From assembly GCA_021808105.1 (NCBI GenBank), contig JAKBCC010000002.1:1-58070 (forward strand): a DNA stretch of 58,070 nucleotides. The letters are read 5' to 3'. Position 1 is the first letter of the stretch; each line of letters starts with the position of its first letter. The notes under the pieces were generated by a model. It did no database searches. It worked only from the letters and a program-made list of their open reading frames with translations, and had not been told where the DNA came from. Origin of the DNA: Planctomycetota bacterium (lineage in GTDB: Bacteria; Planctomycetota; Phycisphaerae; WQYP01). Of this stretch, positions 47,827-56,298 are shown one piece after another. The position numbers and the translations under genes were made by a program.

Positions 47827-50439
47827 ATGATGGAATTTAACGAGAAATTCAAGGTCCTAACCGGCAATGACCCGCTGCGGTGGCAGTGCCGGCTATATGC
47901 CCAGTGGCGGGAAAACAAAATAAATCCGGTCATTGACCTGCCCACCGGCATGGGCAAGACCGCCGTTATCGCAATCTGGCTGATTGCTCGTGCTGATGCC
48001 AAGACGGATTCGCACCGCTTGCCGACACGTCTGGTTTATGTTGTTGATCGGCGCACAATAGTAGATCAGGCAACGGCGTTGGCCGAGAAAATCCGGAAAT
48101 GCGCCGCAGAGGCCGACCTTGACCCTCCCACGATAAGCACACTCCGTGGACAATACGCTGACAACCGCGAGTGGACTTGTGATCCGTCAAAACCTGCGAT
48201 CATCATCGGAACGGTGGATATGATCGGCAGCCGATTGCTTTTCAGCGGCTACCGCAGTTCCTATAAGCAACGCCCGTTGGACGCGGGGTTGCTGGGGCAG
48301 GATTCGCTGTTGATTCTCGATGAAGCCCACCTAAGCCAACCATTTGCAAGATTATTGCATGATATTGGAAGCGACGGACCTTTCCAAAAAGGTGGCAAGC
48401 CCATGCGGGTAGTGCGCATGTCCGCGACGACCGTTACGTACCGCCAGGACGCATTTCGCCTTGAGCCTTCTGATTTAGAGGGCGACAGGGAGAGCAATGT
48501 TATCGTCAAAAGGTATCACGCGTTAAAGCACTTGCGTATAAGCGAAGGCACCGCGGACGTGAAACCTGAAATAGTAAAAGCGGCAACAGAACTCGCTACG
48601 GATGGCTTCCGCGTGGTCGTCTTTGTGCGATCTCCGGATGATGCCCAGAAAGTCGCCGACGCGATAAAAAAAGCGATGGAGAAAAAGAAAACTCCGGCGA
48701 ACGCCGTAGAGGTATTAACGGGCACCATGCGCGGCCTTGAACGTGACGAACTAATGGAAAAGCCAGTGATGAAGCGGTTTCTGAAACCGGAAAATCAACC
48801 TGGTGCCGGCTCCGCAATTCTGGTGTCAACCAGCGCGGGCGAGGTCGGGTTCGACCTGAACGCCGACCATCTGGTCTGCGATGCCGCACCGCTGGATTCC
48901 ATTATTCAGCGCTTGGGCCGGGTAAATCGCCGGGGAGAAGCCTGTGCCACCGTGCATCTCTTTGCGGCCAACCCCAGGAAGAAAAAAGAATCCGAGAAAT
49001 GCGAGGAAGGCGGCTCCGCTGCTCACACCTATGAAACAGCGGCACTCAAAACAATCGAAATACTTAGGCAGCTCCCCAAGCTGTCGGACGAAATATTTGA
49101 CGCCAGCCCGAAAGCCCTCGCCGACCTGGAAAAACCGGTGGATGCCCTAACCCCCAAACCGACGATTGTTCCAGTGACGGATATTCTCCTCGACGCCTGG
49201 TCCATGACCACGATCGCCGAGCCTATGCCCGGACGGCCGCCGGTGGCGGACTGGTTGCGCGGTATCTCCGACGAGGATCCGCCGCAAACAACCATCGCAT
49301 GGAGGGCGGAACTGGATGTGGACGGATTCGGTGACCTCGACATTAATGACATTGAAGAATGGTTTGATGCCCACCGGGTCTTGCTGCATGAAACACTGAC
49401 CGTTCCAGCGGATAAGGCCGCGAAACTGCTGGCGGAACGGTGGGCGAAACTGGCTGATAAAGTCCGCAAAGATATCGAAAGCCGTCCATGCGTCATTGAT
49501 CAAGGCGGCCTGCGAACCATCGCGGTCAAGACATTACTCGAGCGCCTCGGGAAGAAGCCGACGCCGGACGCGCGCGATATTCTTAACGCCAATCTCACTC
49601 TCCCGGCATCTTTCGGCGGCATTGAACGCCACTGGGGCTTGCTGGATCCAGCGGCACCAAAGCTGGAGCCGGATTCCAGTGCCGAGGCTCTCGCAATGGC
49701 CCCAGATGTGGCCGACGAACAACTACCAGAAAACAACCGCAGGTATCGGCAGATCAAAGTGGACGAATCAGTGGAAGCGCTTTGCGGCGAAACACCGGAG
49801 GATTCCGAGGATTATCCCAAGTTCGTGCTGGAGCTACCATCCGACGACGATTCCGTGCGCCGACTCATCAGTGTGGTGCTAAAACGCGACCGTCCGGAAT
49901 TTGGATCACAATCGCAGGGGCTCACGGATCACGTCGCCGCAGTCGAGAAGCAGGCCAACGATATCGCCGGACGGCTCGCGCTGGAAGCACCCATTGCCGC
50001 CGCCCTTCAGTTAGCAGCGAAAAGGCACGACTGCGGCAAAAACCGTGTGATATGGCAAGATGCCGTCGGCGGCAGCATGGAGAATCCACTGGCGAAGTCC
50101 AGCGGACGCATGCGCCCCATTGCCGGCAATTATCGCCATGAGTTCGGTTCCCTGCGCGAGTTTCGCGACGGCCATCGCGAAAATCTTGACCCGGAAATAT
50201 TCGACCTCGCGGCACACCTGATCGCCACGCACCATGGCCGCGCGCGGCCACACTTTCCCAAAGGCGGATTTGATCCGAAGGCCCGCACAAAATCACCCGA
50301 TATAGCCACCGAAGCGATGCGCCGCTTTGCGCGATTGCAGCGCAAATATGGCTATTGGCGGTTAGCATGGCTGGAAAATTTACTACGTTGCGCCGACGCG
50401 CTGGCCTCGGCGGAAAACGACAGGGGTAAAAATGCCTAA
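47827..50439 (+). CDS. cas3: Type I-G Cas3 helicase-nuclease with C-terminal HD domain
   Basis: DLPTGMGKT (motif I), LLILDEAHL (DEAH), and VSTSAGEVGFD. The HD motifs are at the C-terminus (LTDHVAAV...KRHDCGK...ATHHG), the domain order diagnostic of I-G/I-U. The start was chosen at MMEFNEKF. Confidence 0.9.
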   Translation: MMEFNEKFKVLTGNDPLRWQCRLYAQWRENKINPVIDLPTGMGKTAVIAIWLIARADAKTDSHRLPTRLVYVVDRRTIVDQATALAEKIRKCAAEADLDPPTISTLRGQYADNREWTCDPSKPAIIIGTVDMIGSRLLFSGYRSSYKQRPLDAGLLGQDSLLILDEAHLSQPFARLLHDIGSDGPFQKGGKPMRVVRMSATTVTYRQDAFRLEPSDLEGDRESNVIVKRYHALKHLRISEGTADVKPEIVKAATELATDGFRVVVFVRSPDDAQKVADAIKKAMEKKKTPANAVEVLTGTMRGLERDELMEKPVMKRFLKPENQPGAGSAILVSTSAGEVGFDLNADHLVCDAAPLDSIIQRLGRVNRRGEACATVHLFAANPRKKKESEKCEEGGSAAHTYETAALKTIEILRQLPKLSDEIFDASPKALADLEKPVDALTPKPTIVPVTDILLDAWSMTTIAEPMPGRPPVADWLRGISDEDPPQTTIAWRAELDVDGFGDLDINDIEEWFDAHRVLLHETLTVPADKAAKLLAERWAKLADKVRKDIESRPCVIDQGGLRTIAVKTLLERLGKKPTPDARDILNANLTLPASFGGIERHWGLLDPAAPKLEPDSSAEALAMAPDVADEQLPENNRRYRQIKVDESVEALCGETPEDSEDYPKFVLELPSDDDSVRRLISVVLKRDRPEFGSQSQGLTDHVAAVEKQANDIAGRLALEAPIAAALQLAAKRHDCGKNRVIWQDAVGGSMENPLAKSSGRMRPIAGNYRHEFGSLREFRDGHRENLDPEIFDLAAHLIATHHGRARPHFPKGGFDPKARTKSPDIATEAMRRFARLQRKYGYWRLAWLENLLRCADALASAENDRGKNA

Positions 50440-51241
50440 CCCAATACCAAACATCACCATCCCGGTCGACCTAACCAACCCCGGCCAATTCTTCGCCTGC
50501 TGCGGACTGCTGGAACTGGCCGACCGCCTCTGGCCGGGCGCGGAGGGGTGGTTCACACCTGGCGCAACGTTTTCACTTTTCTCTGATGTTGTCGCCTGCA
50601 ATCTATCCGCGATACTCAAGGCTCTTGCCACCGCAACCATCCGAGCACTGGATCAGGATGATAACGCTTCGGCAATCAGGCTCGGCCTCGGCAAGGCATC
50701 CATGTTGCTTGACTGGTGGCGCGACGAAGTAGCCGGCGGACAACGCCTGAAGACGTGGGCTGGCCGACAATCCGGACCGCAAATCTTCAAATTAATGGCG
50801 GAAAACATAGCGGATATTACGGCAGAGGATGCCGACAAAGCTTTCGATTTTTCCGCAACTGTGTTCGATGTTAAGGATGGAAAGACCAAGAAAAAAACTA
50901 TTTCTCCATTTTATTTTGACGCCCGCCGTTCGGGCACCGGTTTGGACGTTGGCTTTTCCGCCGATGAGCAGCAGATGTCCGTCCGGGAATTTCCGGTTGT
51001 GGAGACCCTGGCACTGGTCGGAATACAACGGTTCCGTCCCCGCACGGACGAAGGAGCACTGCGGTCATTCGTATACGCTGCGTGGCCCGAACACTTGCCG
51101 CTCATACCTGCTCAAGGCGTAGCTTGTGGCGCTGTGCAGCTACCATCCTGTGAGTACTTCCGATTTGCCAGGCCCTCACGTGGGGGCGAATACGTATCCA
51201 TGTTTACCCGCGCTACGCGCGAAAGGAGATCACATGCCTGA
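50432..51241 (+). CDS. Small Cas8g2/Csb3-like subunit (putative large-subunit equivalent)
   Basis: Its position between cas3 and cas7 and the ATGCCTAA start/stop overlap with cas3. The N-terminus NPGQFFACCGLLELADRLW resembles Cas8u-family N-termini. It is only 269 aa. Confidence 0.5.
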   Translation: MPNPIPNITIPVDLTNPGQFFACCGLLELADRLWPGAEGWFTPGATFSLFSDVVACNLSAILKALATATIRALDQDDNASAIRLGLGKASMLLDWWRDEVAGGQRLKTWAGRQSGPQIFKLMAENIADITAEDADKAFDFSATVFDVKDGKTKKKTISPFYFDARRSGTGLDVGFSADEQQMSVREFPVVETLALVGIQRFRPRTDEGALRSFVYAAWPEHLPLIPAQGVACGAVQLPSCEYFRFARPSRGGEYVSMFTRATRERRSHA

Positions 51242-52370
51242 AGCAAGAATAGAGCAATATGACAGTTGGCTGAAGGAGGACGGGCCGGTAGCAATCGTAA
51301 TCCGGCAATCCCTGGCACCGGCAACTCAACCGGACGACACTATTTTCCCACCCAGCTACGCAAATCCGTCGCAGAAAAAGGGGGACCCCCCAGTTTACAA
51401 CATCGATGGTGAGGGGGCCGCGTCGATCTGTGTGCTCGACAGCATCCCATCCCAGGCGAACCGCCTGGAGCCGATGTTTGCTTCCGATAAATACAAAACG
51501 CTGGTTCCCCAGGTTCAAATAAAATTTAGGGATGGGTTAATTCGCAACCTCTTGGAGATCGGCCATCGCATTGCCGATGCCGCATTCCGCGGCACCACGC
51601 TTGGGCCTACCATTAAAGTTGCACTCGCAGATTTTCAAAAAGGTAATGCGGTCACTCTCGCAAGGCTCGCGCCAACGTCGCTGGTCTTCGGCGCGTGGGA
51701 TTCGCGTGACAGCCAGATCAAGATTCCGCGGCTTATCAATGCGATTATTCGAGCCAGAAACGTGGTTCAACTCAGACGCTCGGCCCAGTACACTCCCGCT
51801 ATCAGCTACGAGCGCGAGGGGCTTCTGCCTGATGGTCTTGCAGAAAAACCCTCCGAGGTTGGTTTAGCCGACGTGCCTTCAGTGCACGTGATAGGAGGGG
51901 TACAGGTCAACGGTGAAATCGTCCGCGACGCGTCGCTTAACCTGGCCTCACTGCGCTGCCTCCGCGGTACTACTTCCGAAGGGACGCTGAAGCTACAACG
52001 GTACATCCTTGGATTGTGTCTCATCGCGATGGCCGCAGAACCGGATCTGAATTTGCGGCAAGGTTGCCTGCTCACACTGAGCCCGGAAAAGCCACCCTCG
52101 TCTCAGCTCGTCACACGCAGCGGCCAACGCACCGACTGCAAGCTCGACCCCGCAAATGCGGTCGGATTCGCGCAGATTGCTGCGGAACAATTTGGCGTAA
52201 CACAAGACCATGCAGCGCCAATTACCTTTGACCCTAAAACGCTGAAGGATTGGCTCGACGCGGATAAGAACGCGAAGAAGATAAAGAAGGAAAAGAAGGC
52301 CAAGGCAATCACCGACGCGGACAGCATTCCTTCCGATGGCACCAGTTCTAATGTCGAGGCAACCGCTTGA
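51234..52370 (+). CDS. csb1: Type I-G Cas7 (Csb1)
   Basis: FPPSYAN...PVYNIDG...VLDSIPSQANRLEPMF matches the GSU0053-family Cas7 signature. The start overlaps the upstream stop (ATGCCTGA). Confidence 0.8.
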   Translation: MPEARIEQYDSWLKEDGPVAIVIRQSLAPATQPDDTIFPPSYANPSQKKGDPPVYNIDGEGAASICVLDSIPSQANRLEPMFASDKYKTLVPQVQIKFRDGLIRNLLEIGHRIADAAFRGTTLGPTIKVALADFQKGNAVTLARLAPTSLVFGAWDSRDSQIKIPRLINAIIRARNVVQLRRSAQYTPAISYEREGLLPDGLAEKPSEVGLADVPSVHVIGGVQVNGEIVRDASLNLASLRCLRGTTSEGTLKLQRYILGLCLIAMAAEPDLNLRQGCLLTLSPEKPPSSQLVTRSGQRTDCKLDPANAVGFAQIAAEQFGVTQDHAAPITFDPKTLKDWLDADKNAKKIKKEKKAKAITDADSIPSDGTSSNVEATA

Positions 52371-53830
52371 CCAAACTCCTCCACATCACCGTCCACTGGC
52401 TGGATGACCGCTACCACGGCCTGCTGGGACGCGACGGGCCGCCGGAGTGGCCGCCATCGCCCTATCGGCTGTTTCAGGCACTGGTGGCCGGGGCTGCACG
52501 CGCTGGTAAGCTTAATAAACTGGCACGACCACTTCACTGGCTGGAAATACAGGCCCCGCCGATCATTATCACGCCGCCTTCAGCACCCGGCCAAATCATC
52601 ACCCGATATGTCCCCAACAATGATGGCGATAAGAAACCGGACCGGCAGGCTCGCCTGACCGGGAAAACCTTCCGCCCCACGATCATGCTTGCTGATCCGT
52701 CGGTTCACTACCTCTGGGAATATGATGCCGCCGCCGTTGAAATCGACGGCATCGTGGATGCGGCACGATCCCTTATTTGCCTCGGCTTGGGCATTGATAT
52801 GGCATTCGCTGACGCCAGTTCAATTACAGAAGAAAAAATCGACACCATCAACGGGATTCGCTGGCTGCCCAGGGCCGGGACTTTCCGCGATGAGGGCATG
52901 CTTCGCGTCCCGCGCGATCAATCGCTTAGCGACCTGATCTGTGCCCACCAATCCGCACTCGAACGCATCGGACATGACGGGATCCTCAGATCGGTGCGAA
53001 AGCCAATGGCTTTTGATACCGTTCTTTATACCAGTTCCGAACGGCCACTTGGAAGACCCTATGAATTATTTAGCCTCTGCGACGCGGAAGGTGAGTTTTC
53101 GCCGGAACCGCAGGCTAAATTAATCCACGTCGCCGGCATGGTTCGCCGTGCCGCAATTAAGGCAATGGAGGGGTATCCGCCCGGTGTTCCCGACCCCGCG
53201 AAATGGATTGAAACTTTCGTCGCCGGGCACCGCAATGGCAACGACGATCACAAACAATTTTCGTACATCCCACTGCCCTCCATCGGACACGAACATGCCG
53301 ATTGCAATATTCGCCGCGTGATGATCGTCGCGCCTTTCGGAGAAGACGCCAACCTTGCGCACCTGGCCGAACAACTTGACGGCCACCCGCTGGAACGTGA
53401 GGGTGGCGGCATCGCCCCGACCCTCCGCCACTTGCGCCGCGACGGTTTCACTGCGCAATACATCAGGCAATCCAGGGTTTGGGCAACGGTAATTCCCAGT
53501 ATTCTTCCCGGCCATGACGACCATAAGCCGGCCAAAACCAAAAAGCTGCTGGAAATAGCATTGCGGCAAAGCGGTGTTGAACAGCCCTGTGAATTCACAT
53601 GGAGTTCCATGCCCAATTTTCGGCACAGCATGCCCGCATTTAAACATGACCGCCGGGGAAGGCATCTGGGATATTTCCGGCCAAACCATCTGGAAAAATT
53701 CACCCTGGTTCACGCCCGTCTGACATTCACAACCCCCGTCCCCGGTCCCATGATCATTGGTGCCGGGCGGCATTGTGGGTTTGGGGTCTGTGCCGTAGTG
53801 GATGCCGCCACCCGTGATGCGGATTTTTGA
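52367..53830 (+). CDS. csb2: Type I-G Csb2 (Cas5-Cas6 fusion)
   Basis: ITVHWLDDRYHGLL....EWPPSPYRLFQALVAGA is the hallmark Csb2/GSU0054 N-terminus. TTG start overlapping the cas7 stop (TTGA). Confidence 0.8.
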   Translation: MTKLLHITVHWLDDRYHGLLGRDGPPEWPPSPYRLFQALVAGAARAGKLNKLARPLHWLEIQAPPIIITPPSAPGQIITRYVPNNDGDKKPDRQARLTGKTFRPTIMLADPSVHYLWEYDAAAVEIDGIVDAARSLICLGLGIDMAFADASSITEEKIDTINGIRWLPRAGTFRDEGMLRVPRDQSLSDLICAHQSALERIGHDGILRSVRKPMAFDTVLYTSSERPLGRPYELFSLCDAEGEFSPEPQAKLIHVAGMVRRAAIKAMEGYPPGVPDPAKWIETFVAGHRNGNDDHKQFSYIPLPSIGHEHADCNIRRVMIVAPFGEDANLAHLAEQLDGHPLEREGGGIAPTLRHLRRDGFTAQYIRQSRVWATVIPSILPGHDDHKPAKTKKLLEIALRQSGVEQPCEFTWSSMPNFRHSMPAFKHDRRGRHLGYFRPNHLEKFTLVHARLTFTTPVPGPMIIGAGRHCGFGVCAVVDAATRDADF

Positions 53831-53846
53831 AGGATTGTGATATTGC

Positions 53847-53874
53847 CCGCACCGCAGGCGGATGCGGCTAACCG
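53847..53874 (+). repeat. REP-like hairpin element, copy 1
   Basis: CCGCACCGCAGGCGGATGCGGCTAACCG. Nested stems CCGCA/TGCGG and CCGC/GCGG. Confidence 0.85.
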
Positions 53875-53944
53875 GGAATACCGTGAATTGGCGAGGGTGC
53901 CGGTGGTGTTGATTTTCGGAAATTCCGTTATGTTATTGGGGGTT

Positions 53945-53972
53945 CCGCACCGCAGGCGGATGCGGCTAACCG
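53945..53972 (+). repeat. REP-like hairpin element, copy 2
   Basis: A 28-mer identical to copy 1, 26 nt upstream of the transposase start. Confidence 0.85.
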
Positions 53973-53997
53973 GGGGCGTGTTCGCCGGGAGGATTTT

Positions 53998-54558
53998 ATG
54001 ATTGTGGCCTATCATAGTATTTTCTGTGCCTACGGGTTCTGGTTGCCCAATGATCCGCGCGGGTCATGGTCGGATTTTGTCGGGGCATGGGAATTGTTTC
54101 TCGCCGCCGGGCCGGCGACGCACTGTGGTGCCCGGCGTTCCGTCGCCGGGGCTGCCCACGATCGTGCGGTTCGCGACGCCGGAAAAAATGCCCTTCTTTA
54201 TCCGCCCATGCGTTTTGATTTTCGGCAAATCCAATCCATTGCCAATGGATTTGCGGTCGCGTGCAACGACGCTGACTTCCATGTTCTAGCCTGCGCCATC
54301 ATGCCCGACCACGTCCATCTTGTGACGCGCCGGCACCCCCGCGACATTGAAACCATCGTCGGCCACTTCCGCAGCCGGGCCACCAAAGAACTGGGGAAAA
54401 ATGCCATTCGGCCCGACCAGCCCATCTGGGCGAAAAAAAGTTGGAACCGTTATCTCGATCCGCCGGACGTGCGGCCGGCAATCGCCTACGTCAATAATAA
54501 TCCCCGCCGCGCCGGCATTGCCCCGCAATCCTGGCCCTTCGTCGAACCCCTCGGTTAG
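53998..54558 (+). mobile_element. IS200-like Y1 (HUH) transposase / REP-associated tyrosine transposase (RAYT)
   Basis: YHSIFCAYGFWLPNDPRGSW, the HUH motif PDHVHLVTR, and a catalytic Tyr region AIAYVNNNPRRAGI. It is flanked by inverted REP copies. Confidence 0.8.
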
Positions 54559-54579
54559 CCGCATCCGCCTGCGGTGCGG
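54552..54579 (-). repeat. REP-like hairpin element, copy 3 (inverted), overlapping the transposase stop codon
   Basis: CGGTTAGCCGCATCCGCCTGCGGTGCGG is the exact reverse complement of the 28-mer of copies 1 and 2. Confidence 0.85.
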
Positions 54580-54819
54580 GTCTTGCCACTGTTCCCCTAC
54601 GGTTAAACATCACCACCCACGTCCCCCGCCCCCCAATTATCGGCCCCTGCCGTCCCATAATCTCAAAATATTTGCCCTTGCCCACACACATGTTCTATTC
54701 TTGATATGGATACGCATTACCAGAATCTCGGACGGCCTGAAATTGTCGGGTGCATTTTTTAACGCATGGCGCGAACACGTTTTGTTTTCCGTTGCCGTGG
54801 TTCTTTCGGAGGTTGGGAC

Positions 54820-55375
54820 ATGGACGAATATTTATGGCCGGCGCGGCATGTCGCGGAATACGCCTATTGCCCGCGTTTATTTTATGTCCCCGCCATTTTC
54901 CGAACTGTTTCAAGCCAATGGGCGACAGCGCCGTCCGCCGCCTGATCCGATCAATGCCGTACTTTCCTGGGGATACACCATGCTGGTCCATGAATGTGTT
55001 TCCGCGTTGCGCCTGGCCGGGCTGGAGCCAATGATCGGCGCGTTTCATAAGCCCCGGCCCGGCAAGCCGGCTTTGGCGCTGGATCTTATGGAGCCTTTCC
55101 GGCCATTGGTTGCGGATTCGATCGCCATTTCCACGTTTAATCGCGACGAATTAACCCAAGGCCATTTCATGCAAACCGCCGCAGGTTGCTCGTTAACCGA
55201 TGCGGGGCGGGGAGCTTTTTTTGGAGCATGGGGCCGGCGGATGGATACCGAAGTGACACATCCGGTATTTGAATACCGTTTAAGTTACCGCCGGATGATG
55301 ATGCTTCAGGCGCGGATGATTTCCGCGTGGCTGGTTGGTGACATCGCAACGCTTTCGTTTTTAACGACACGGTAG
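54820..55375 (+). pseudogene. cas1: cas4/cas1 fusion remnant: Cas4 N-terminal about 22 codons joined out of frame to the C-terminal about 165 codons of Cas1
   Basis: The ATG at 54820 (GGAGG upstream) gives MDEYLWPARHVAEYAYCPRLFY (Cas4 CPR motif), then stops after 42 codons. The +1 frame continues FQANGRQRRPPPDPINAVLSWGYTML...GAFHKPRPGKPALALDLMEPFRP (Cas1 alpha-domain motifs) to the stop at 55375. Confidence 0.75.
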
Positions 55376-55422
55376 TGCTCAGGGACGGCTGCACATTGGG
55401 ATTGACAGAGTACCGGGAGAAT

Positions 55423-55716
55423 ATGATGCGGCGCTGTTATTTAGTGTGTTACGATATTTCCGACGCGAAACGCTGGCGACGGATTTTCCGGGCCATGAAG
55501 GGCTACGGTGAGCATTGGCAGTATTCGGTTTTTTTCTGTGTACTCAAGGAAATCGACCGCGTGCGAATGCAAAGTGAACTGGAGGCGGAACTGAATCTCA
55601 AGGCCGACCAGTGCATTATTATTGACCTCGGTGCGGATGAAGAATCCGCCCGCGAAGCGGTGGCGGTGTTGGGAGAAAGTTTGCCGAAGGCCCAAATGGG
55701 CGTAGTGGTTGTGTAA
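55423..55716 (+). CDS. cas2: Cas2
   Basis: MMRRCYLVCYDISDAKRWRRIFRAMKGYGEHWQYSVFFCVL has the ferredoxin-fold Cas2 pattern with the conserved Asp. 97 aa. Confidence 0.88.
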   Translation: MMRRCYLVCYDISDAKRWRRIFRAMKGYGEHWQYSVFFCVLKEIDRVRMQSELEAELNLKADQCIIIDLGADEESAREAVAVLGESLPKAQMGVVVV

Positions 55717-56298
55717 GGCCTCTGTGAAACGCGCGTTAAAACGCTGCGTGCAATCGGGAGCTGGAATGCGCAGGCATAGTCTGTGGCAAATCATGTAAGG
55801 GCATGTGCTGGAATCACGGGGCGCGGCGGCAATTTTTCCGGGCAACGCGCCGTGCGGATAAACTTCACATAGCCGCCGGCTCTGCCGGTGGTGGAATGCA
55901 CCACGTTCACACCCCGCTGCCGCAGGACCAAACGGTGCGAGTTGCCCATGATTTCGCCGTATTTCAGTCCCGCCCGGAAAACTTGCCACGCCCGAACCAC
56001 GCGGGGAAGAGGGAATTTTGTGGTGCAAGTGATTAGCGGTGGTATAATGCCGCGAAGTTTGGTGCCGCCGGGCGTGAAGGCCGAAAAAGGGTGGCGGCAA
56101 GTTCCTTGAAAAGTGCATAGCGAGTGCGCCGGTGATGATGGGGGTGTCCGGGCGCGCTCGCGGAGCCGCAAGTTATTAGGAGAAAGGCGTTTATGCGTAG
56201 CGAAATGCCCAGAAGCTGGGTCAAGCCAGTGCCCTGTCCACTCGCACTCGCAAAGCGCGGCGTAAAGCCGTATAAAAGAGCCACTTGCGAGGCGCGGG
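55717..56298 (+). promoter_or_regulatory. CRISPR leader region (unusually long, 582 bp) with candidate promoters
   Basis: Extended -10 TGgTATAAT at 56041-56049, and TATAAA at 56271-56276, about 23 nt before repeat 1. It contains interspersed element copy B. Confidence 0.4.
55811..55902 (-). repeat. Interspersed repeat element, copy B (inverted relative to copy A at 5024-5156)
   Basis: The reverse complement reads ttccaccaccggcagagccggcggctatgtgaagtttatccgcacggcgcgttgcccggaaaaattgcc...ccccgtgattcc. It is near-identical to copy A over the first 48 nt. Confidence 0.7.

Noticed and set aside
54611-54640. Similarity between the C-rich tract after the RAYT unit and the C-rich tract after the CRISPR array (57528-57560), as evidence of a duplication
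   Set aside because: Only about 9 contiguous identical bases (gccccccaa) plus scattered matches in very low-complexity sequence. This is insufficient to claim homology without a statistical alignment.
54347-55375. 342-aa ORF that could be taken for a full-length cas1
   Set aside because: Only the last 165 residues or so look like Cas1. The first 170 residues or so are an out-of-frame read through the 3' end of the Y1 transposase, the inverted REP (peptide VSRIRLRCG) and C-rich non-coding DNA. The Cas4-like start is in a different frame.
55441-56171. 225-aa and 126-aa minus-strand ORFs across cas2 and the leader
   Set aside because: They are antisense to a well-supported cas2. Their only conserved-looking stretch (STTGRAGGYVKFIRT) is the interspersed DNA element also seen at 5031-5078. 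Long spurious ORFs are typical of GC-rich sequence.
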